Assembly (NCBI GenBank): GCA_039800845.1
Contig: JBDLQA010000020.1
Span: forward strand, 66 to 64,065
DNA from: Actinomycetota bacterium
Lineage (GTDB): Bacteria > Actinomycetota > Actinomycetes > Actinomycetales > Microbacteriaceae
DNA: 64,000 nt
Direction: 5' to 3'
Shown: positions 57,932 through 64,000 of the stretch, piece by piece
Numbering within the stretch: the first letter of the stretch is position 1
How the letters are laid out: the number at the start of each line of letters is the position of its first letter
The notes under the pieces: generated by a model
What the model saw: the letters and a program-made list of their open reading frames with translations, nothing else
What the model was told of the DNA's origin: nothing
The model's database searches: none
Translations under genes and position numbers: made by a program

Positions 57932-58442
57932 CGGAAAAGGCCCGAAGGTCAAAAAGCACCACAGGCCGGCCAATCCGGAGTCCGTAGACCACGTAAAACA
58001 TCGCGAAACCGCGCGCGTTTTCCTGCAGAATCCAGCGGGAGAGCTGCTGATGATGAACACGCATTGGGATCCGGGCACAGGTTTGCCGCCGCGTTGGTTG
58101 ACGCCGGGTGGCGGCATCGATCCAGGAGAAAGCATCCTGGCAGCCGCGGTACGAGAACTGTTTGAGGAAACCGGGCTGGTTGTGGAACCAGAGGCTCTGG
58201 GAGAACTGGAGCTGAGCCTGCCATTCAAAATGGTTTGGGCCAACGGCCAGTACGAAACTGGAATTGCACATTTTTATAGATTGACCGTAGAAACCGATTT
58301 TGCGATTGACAACGCCAACTGGACGGTCGACGAACACCGCGATGTGATCGAGTGGCGCTGGTGGAAGCCCGCAGACCTAATTGCATCTGGCGTAACGGTT
58401 GGCCCGCCAGGGCTGCTTGAGTACCTACAGCACCACTCCTAA
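57921..58442 (+). CDS. NUDIX hydrolase
   Basis: Nudix box GGGIDPGESILAAAVRELFEETG; WRWW. Confidence 0.9.
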   Translation: MSSNGKGPKVKKHHRPANPESVDHVKHRETARVFLQNPAGELLMMNTHWDPGTGLPPRWLTPGGGIDPGESILAAAVRELFEETGLVVEPEALGELELSLPFKMVWANGQYETGIAHFYRLTVETDFAIDNANWTVDEHRDVIEWRWWKPADLIASGVTVGPPGLLEYLQHHS

Positions 58443-58454
58443 AACTGATATTCT

Positions 58455-58482
58455 TTTGCCGATAATGCACATTATGTCAAGT
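58455..58482 (+). other. dif: dif chromosome dimer resolution site (XerC/XerD)
   Basis: TTTGCCGATAA-TGCACA-TTATGTCAAGT: 11-6-11 layout matching the actinobacterial dif consensus (nnnGCCGATAA-N6-TTATGTCAAGT); intergenic and AT-rich. Confidence 0.88.
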
Positions 58483-58561
58483 AATGTTTTGGCAAAGCGA
58501 TAGGCCCCACTTCTCACGTGAGGCCTACCCTGAGAGTCCAGCGCTTCGTTCAGAGTTGCGC

Positions 58562-59626
58562 CTATAGCTGCGTAGTCGCAATCCACTCTGTGAGCTTGCC
58601 TCGGGCTGCTCCGGAATCCAACGCGGCGCCAACGCGCGCAATAGCATCCTCGAATCGAACATTCAGGTCGACATCTGCGCGGGATGCATCCTTTGCAAGT
58701 TCGTAAGAAACCACTCCCGCGGCCGAGTTCAAAACCACGATGTCGCGAACCGCTGCGAGGTTGCCGTCGGTATTTCCGTCGAAGAGATCGCGGCAAACCT
58801 GAGCGTTGAAGTGCGCGTCTCCACCCAAAAGCTGCTGGTGCGATGCGCGAGCGATGCCGAAATCACGAGGGTCCAGGGTGTGCTTGCGCACCTCTCCCCC
58901 GGTCACTTCCCAAATCTGGCTGTTGTCGGTGGTGGTTAGCTCGTCGAGTCCGTCATCGCCGCGGAAAACTAGCGCGGTGCGGCCACGGGCCGCCATTTCG
59001 GCTGCCAAAAGCGGCGCCACAGAGGCATTCGCCACACCCAAACTGGTTGCAATCGGCTGAGCCGGGTTAGCCAATGGGCCGAGGAAATTGAAGGTGGTTG
59101 GCACACCCAACTGCTTGCGAATCGGCGCCACGTGGCGCATCGCAGGGTGGAAAACAGGCGCAAAGAAGAAGGTGAGGCCAATCTCGCGGAAAATGTCGGC
59201 CACGCGCTCCGGAGAAAGGTCCAGGCGGATGCCCAAAACCTCGAGCATCTCGGAAGATCCGGTCTTGCCGGATGCCGAACGGCTACCGTGCTTCATAACC
59301 GGCACACCAGCAGCCGATGTCAGGATGCTAGCCATCGATGAGACATTTACGGTTCCGACCATGTCTCCGCCGGTTCCCACGATGTCGACGGCATCGCTGC
59401 CTGTGTCTAAGATGACCGAGCGTTCCAACATGACGTCTACTAGGCCGGCGAGCTCATCAACGTTCTCCCCCTTGGAACGCAGGCCGATCATGAAAGCGCC
59501 CACCTGGGCGTCCGCGGCCTCTCCAGCCATAATCTGGTTCATGGCCCAGGCGGCAGCGGGACGGTCCAGGTTGGTTTTGTCCAGCAAACGGCCCAGAATA
59601 GCTGGCCAGCTAAGAGTTTCGGTCAT
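58562..59626 (-). CDS. trpD: Anthranilate phosphoribosyltransferase
   Basis: DIVGTGGD, KHGSRSASG, FHPAMRH, NFLGPLANP, DGLDELT. Confidence 0.96.
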   Translation of the reverse strand: MTETLSWPAILGRLLDKTNLDRPAAAWAMNQIMAGEAADAQVGAFMIGLRSKGENVDELAGLVDVMLERSVILDTGSDAVDIVGTGGDMVGTVNVSSMASILTSAAGVPVMKHGSRSASGKTGSSEMLEVLGIRLDLSPERVADIFREIGLTFFFAPVFHPAMRHVAPIRKQLGVPTTFNFLGPLANPAQPIATSLGVANASVAPLLAAEMAARGRTALVFRGDDGLDELTTTDNSQIWEVTGGEVRKHTLDPRDFGIARASHQQLLGGDAHFNAQVCRDLFDGNTDGNLAAVRDIVVLNSAAGVVSYELAKDASRADVDLNVRFEDAIARVGAALDSGAARGKLTEWIATTQL

Positions 59627-59839
59627 GAGAAAAGTTTAGAGTAGCCCGCCACTCCCCTGTTTCTGGGAGTTTTCAGGTATTGAACTAGCCGATTCATTTG
59701 CAGTCCGAAGGGTCAAGAAATCCACCCGATGCCGCGTAAGGATTGCCTCACTTAAATTCTTCGAAATTAACTCAAATTCGGGTGGCTTTAAACGGGTCAA
59801 TCGGCATTTAGCAGGCACTGCCTTGGTTATGCTAGAAGT

Positions 59840-60469
59840 ATGACTACTATGCCAGTGTCGCAGCATTCTGCACCCGTCATTAACCGACCTAATTCCACCT
59901 CCGTAGGCACCATTGTGTGGCTGGGCAGTGAGGTGATGTTCTTCGCCGGTCTGTTCGCTATGTACTTCAGCCTGCGCGCCAACTCGGCAGGCCTTTGGGC
60001 AAGCCAGACCGCGCACCTGAACGTGCCGTTCGCGCTTACTAACACCCTGATCCTGGTGGCGTCGTCGTTCACCGCTCAGTTCGGTGTTTTCGCTGCCGAG
60101 CGCATGCAGCCACGCGCCACCGGCAAGAGCCCGAAGAACTGGGGAATGGTTGAGTGGTTCCTGCTCTCCTACGTCCTCGGCGCAATCTTCGTTTCGGGTC
60201 AGGTCTGGGAGTACACCAACCTGATCACCGAGCACGCGATGACCTTTGATGCAAACAGCTACACCAGCGCGTTCTACATCACCACTGGCTTCCACGCACT
60301 TCACGTGACCGGTGGTCTTATCGCCTTCTTGATCATCATCGGCAAGACCTTCGCAGCAAAGAAGTTTGGACACTACGAGGCAACTGGCGCCATCGTGGTC
60401 TCCTACTACTGGCACTTCGTGGACGTGGTCTGGATTGGCCTGTTCCTGATCATCTACGTTCTGAAATAA
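59840..60469 (+). CDS. ctaE: Cytochrome c oxidase subunit III
   Basis: [31 protein letters not shown]. Confidence 0.95.
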   Translation: MTTMPVSQHSAPVINRPNSTSVGTIVWLGSEVMFFAGLFAMYFSLRANSAGLWASQTAHLNVPFALTNTLILVASSFTAQFGVFAAERMQPRATGKSPKNWGMVEWFLLSYVLGAIFVSGQVWEYTNLITEHAMTFDANSYTSAFYITTGFHALHVTGGLIAFLIIIGKTFAAKKFGHYEATGAIVVSYYWHFVDVVWIGLFLIIYVLK

Positions 60470-60490
60470 GCGATTCGGAGTTATTTACAA

Positions 60491-61294
60491 ATGGCATTCC
60501 TAAACCGCAAGGGCAAGCTTTCCCGTCGCAAGCCGATGGCCGCAGCAGTAGTTATCGCTGCAGGTCTTCTCATCAGTGGTGGTGGCTACGCAGCAGCTAG
60601 CACCGCCATGCACAACACACAGTCGGCAACGGTTGCTTCGGCAGCGCAGATCGACGAAGGTCACAAGCTCTTCCTCGCGAACTGTGCTTCCTGTCACGGT
60701 GCGCACGCTGAAGGTACCAAGAACGCCCCAACCCTTATCGGTGTTGGCGCGGCTTCGGTTGACTTCCAGGTGAGCTCGGGTCGCATGCCTGCACAGGCTT
60801 CGGGTCCTCAGATTGAGGCAAAGGACCCTGCAGAATTCAACGACTCGCAGATTGCCGCACTTGCGGCTTACGTAGCCTCGCTAGGCCCTGGTCCTGCAAT
60901 CCCAACCGACGCAATGGTTGCAAATAACGGAAACGCCACCCGCGGCGGCGAACTCTTCCGCACCAACTGTGCGATGTGTCACAACGCAGCAGGTGCAGGT
61001 GGCGCGCTGACCCAGGGTAAGTACGCTCCAGCTCTGACCGACACCCCAGCCCGTGAGATGTACGAGGCCATGGAGACCGGCCCTCAGAACATGCCTGTGT
61101 TCAACGATGCCAACTTGACCCCCAAGGACAAGAAGGACATCATCACCTACCTGGTCTACCTGCAGCAGCACCCATCCCCTGCTGGTCTGAACCTAGACAA
61201 CCTCGGCCCCGTAGCCGAAGGCCTATTCGTCTGGATTTTCGTTCTCGGTGGAATCATCGGAATCACTGTTTGGTTGGGCGCAAAGAGCAACTAG
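60491..61294 (+). CDS. qcrC: Cytochrome bcc complex diheme cytochrome c
   Basis: Two CxxCH motifs (CASCH, CAMCH) and a C-terminal TM helix. Confidence 0.95.
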   Translation: MAFLNRKGKLSRRKPMAAAVVIAAGLLISGGGYAAASTAMHNTQSATVASAAQIDEGHKLFLANCASCHGAHAEGTKNAPTLIGVGAASVDFQVSSGRMPAQASGPQIEAKDPAEFNDSQIAALAAYVASLGPGPAIPTDAMVANNGNATRGGELFRTNCAMCHNAAGAGGALTQGKYAPALTDTPAREMYEAMETGPQNMPVFNDANLTPKDKKDIITYLVYLQQHPSPAGLNLDNLGPVAEGLFVWIFVLGGIIGITVWLGAKSN

Positions 61295-61341
61295 CTCTAG
61301 GCATCGGCACAAAAACTTAGCAACTAAAAGGGAGCAAGCAA

Positions 61342-62370
61342 TTGGCTAACAAAAACGAGTCGCACGAGGGCGAGCACGAATACGCTGCTGGCCTCGCGGT
61401 GGTTCCAGCCGACAAGATCGCGGATCCAGGTTTGGAACCTCACCGCGTCCGTATGACGGATAAAAGCAAGAAGCACGAAAAGACCGCTGCTCGTCAGGTT
61501 GCAGCCTGGTTCCTGATCAGCATCATCGGTAGCATCGCTGCCATCGTCTTCTACTTTGTATTCCCACTCAGCTCCGACCTCGGAACTGTCCGCAACAACA
61601 CCTTCTTTGTGGGTGCGAGCATCGCTCTTGGAATGCTGGCAATCGGTTTTGGTGCAGTGCACTGGGCCAAGACCCTGATGCCAGATGCCGAAGTTGCAGA
61701 GGCACGTCACCAGACCCGCGGCAGCGAAGAAGTTCGTGCCCGCGCTGTGGAGATCGTGAACCTTGCAAACAGCGAGTCCGGTTTCAGCCGTCGCAAGCTG
61801 ATTCGTCGCAGCCTTTACGGCGCACTGGCGCTGTTCCCACTTCCGGGTCTGGTTCTGTTCAAGGACATGACCACCAACGCAAACCCAACCGAGACCCTGC
61901 GCCACACCATGTGGAAGGCCGGAATGCGTTTGACCACCGACCCAACCGGCACCCCAATCAAGGCCGCCGACCTAACCCTTGGTTCGGTATTCCACGTAAT
62001 CCCTGAGGGCTTGAACGAGCTCGAGGACAAGCTGGAGCAGAAGGCAAAGGCAGCGGTTCTGTTGGTTCGCCTTGACCCTGCAGACATCAAGAGCCAGAAG
62101 GAAGCCGACTGGGGCTACGACGGCATTGTTGCCTACAGCAAGATTTGTACCCACGTTGGTTGCCCAGTGGCACTGTACGAGCAGCACACTCACCACCTGC
62201 TCTGCCCATGCCACCAGTCGACCTTCGACATCACCAACGACTGTGAGGTCATCTTTGGCCCTGCAAGCCACGCGCTGCCACAGCTGCCTATTACCGTCGA
62301 CGCCGAAGGCTACTTGGTCGCTAAGAGCGACTTCCACGAGCCTGTTGGCCCTAGCTTCTGGGAGCGCTAA
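61342..62370 (+). CDS. qcrA: Cytochrome bcc complex Rieske subunit
   Basis: CTHVGC, CPCHQS; internal SRRKLI twin-arginine motif. Confidence 0.95.
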   Translation: MANKNESHEGEHEYAAGLAVVPADKIADPGLEPHRVRMTDKSKKHEKTAARQVAAWFLISIIGSIAAIVFYFVFPLSSDLGTVRNNTFFVGASIALGMLAIGFGAVHWAKTLMPDAEVAEARHQTRGSEEVRARAVEIVNLANSESGFSRRKLIRRSLYGALALFPLPGLVLFKDMTTNANPTETLRHTMWKAGMRLTTDPTGTPIKAADLTLGSVFHVIPEGLNELEDKLEQKAKAAVLLVRLDPADIKSQKEADWGYDGIVAYSKICTHVGCPVALYEQHTHHLLCPCHQSTFDITNDCEVIFGPASHALPQLPITVDAEGYLVAKSDFHEPVGPSFWER

Positions 62371-62372
62371 GA

Positions 62373-64000
62373 ATGAGCAACGCTACTACTGCTAAGAAAA
62401 AGGGCGGTTTCCTTGCAGGTACCGCTAACTACCTGGATGAGCGCGTTGGCGTAGCTGGAATCCTCAAGGAGTTCGGTCGCAAGATCTTCCCTGACCACTG
62501 GTCCTTCATGCTCGGTGAAGTTGCCCTGTACTCCTTCCTCGTGTTGGTGCTTTCGGGTATCTTCCTAACCTTCTTCTTCCAGCCTTCGCAGGTCCCGGTT
62601 ATCTATGACGGCGTCTACGGCCCGCTCAAGGGTGCCGAGATGTCGATTGCATACAAGTCGGCTCTGGACATCTCGTTTGAGGTTCGCGGCGGTCTGTTGA
62701 TGCGCGAACTGCACCACTGGGCAGCACTGCTGTTCGTTGCTGCAGCTGGCCTTCACATGATGCGAGTGTTCTTCACCGGTGCTTTCCGTAAGCCACGTGA
62801 AATCAACTGGGTTGTGGGTTTCGGTCTGTTCGTTTTGGCTATGGCCGGCGGATTCACCGGTTACTCGCTTCCAGACGACCTGCTGTCCGGTAACGGTCTG
62901 CGAATCATCGACGGCATGATCAAGGGCGTACCTGTAATCGGTGCCTACGTATCGTCGATGCTGTTCGGTGGCGAGTTCCCAGGAACCAACATCGTTGCGC
63001 GCCTTTACGGTCTGCACATCCTGTTGATTCCAGCACTGATCCTGGTCTTCGTGGCAATCCACCTCTTCATGGTTGTTATCCACAAGCACGCTCACTTCTC
63101 GGGCCCAGGTCGCCGCGACGACAACGTCGTTGGTTACCCACTGATGCCTGTTTATGTGGGTAAGGCTGGCGGATTCTTCTTCATCGTCTTCGGTGTTCTG
63201 ATGCTGGTTGCAGCAACTGTGACTATCAACCCAATCTGGCTGTACGGAACCTATGACCCGTCGCCAGTTTCCGCCGGTACCCAGCCTGACTGGTACATCG
63301 GTTGGGCTGACGGTGCGCTGCGTCTTGCACCTACCCACCTTGAGGTCGTCACAGGTCCTTACACCTGGTCTTGGAACATCCTGCTTCCAATCCTGACCCT
63401 GTTGGTATTCATGGTTCTGTCGGCCTTCTACCCATTCTTCGAAGCTTGGGTAACTGGCGACAAGCGTGAGCACCACGTACTGGACCGTCCACGCAACGCC
63501 CCGGTTCGCACCGGTATCGGTGCTGCGGGTATGACCTTCTACGCAGTGCTTTGGGCAGCGGCTTCCACCGACCTCATTGCAACTCACTTCCGCCTAAGCC
63601 TCAACCTAGTTCTGTTGTCCTTGCAGATCAGCCTGATCGTTCTGCCGATCGTCGCATTCTTGATCACCAAGCGCGTATGCCTCAGCCTGCAGCGCAAGGA
63701 CCGCGAGATTGTTCTGCACGGTCGTGAAACTGGTCGCATCATCCGCTTGCCACACGGCGAGTACCAGGAAGTTCACGCTCCGCTGGACGAGCACGAGATG
63801 TACAAGCTGGTTGACTTCGTTGACTACCAGCCAACCATCGCGCGTCCTAACGCACAGGGCAAGATCACCTTCACCGCTCGTGCACGTGCCGCATGGAGCC
63901 GCTTCTACTTCGAGGACCGTGTTGCACCGGTCACAGCAGGCGAGCTGGCAGCAGCACACGCACACCACGACCACGTCGAGGCAGCGGCTCCTGCAGCAGC
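62373..64000 (+). CDS. qcrB: Cytochrome bcc complex cytochrome b (3' end beyond window)
   Basis: ATG at 62373 read by eye (absent from ORF track because there is no stop): KIFPDHWSFMLGE, RELHHWAA, LHMMRVFFTGAFRKPRE, TGYSLPDDL, QPDWY. Confidence 0.95.
   Translation, partial: MSNATTAKKKGGFLAGTANYLDERVGVAGILKEFGRKIFPDHWSFMLGEVALYSFLVLVLSGIFLTFFFQPSQVPVIYDGVYGPLKGAEMSIAYKSALDISFEVRGGLLMRELHHWAALLFVAAAGLHMMRVFFTGAFRKPREINWVVGFGLFVLAMAGGFTGYSLPDDLLSGNGLRIIDGMIKGVPVIGAYVSSMLFGGEFPGTNIVARLYGLHILLIPALILVFVAIHLFMVVIHKHAHFSGPGRRDDNVVGYPLMPVYVGKAGGFFFIVFGVLMLVAATVTINPIWLYGTYDPSPVSAGTQPDWYIGWADGALRLAPTHLEVVTGPYTWSWNILLPILTLLVFMVLSAFYPFFEAWVTGDKREHHVLDRPRNAPVRTGIGAAGMTFYAVLWAAASTDLIATHFRLSLNLVLLSLQISLIVLPIVAFLITKRVCLSLQRKDREIVLHGRETGRIIRLPHGEYQEVHAPLDEHEMYKLVDFVDYQPTIARPNAQGKITFTARARAAWSRFYFEDRVAPVTAGELAAAHAHHDHVEAAAPAA

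Overview
64-kb, high-GC, gene-dense window from an actinobacterium. Gene content and order suggest a streamlined Microbacteriaceae genome (Rhodoluna/Aquiluna-like; inference). It is mostly core genome: pgi-tal-tkt, ctaB/ctaA, photolyase, sufBD-fdx-sufC-sufT, bioY, ABC-F, SURF1, fabG, serB, glgC/glgA, rpmE2, metF/metH, sirtuin, GH31, cysE/cysK, two GT-C glycosyltransferases plus PAP2, tRNA-Leu(GAG), PAC2-HAD-trmI-fkbP-pafBC-tatAC-helY, an lnt-ppm1 fusion, rbpA, trpD and ctaE-qcrCAB (qcrB cut by the window edge). No integrase, transposase or CRISPR array was seen. The most notable non-coding signals are: (1) an actinobacterial dif site at 58455-58482, with a second half-dif copy 553 bp upstream, so that a NUDIX gene sits between them and takes its start codon from the XerD arm; (2) a CoA-disulfide reductase-rhodanese / CsoR-CstR-like / tiny Cys-rich protein module bracketed by two near-identical 37-bp terminators; (3) a possible H-type pseudoknot in the bioY leader; (4) a FabL-like SDR where fabI/inhA normally sits; (5) SigR-type promoters and pervasive leaderless gene starts. 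All calls were made by eye from the sequence; no database searches were run.
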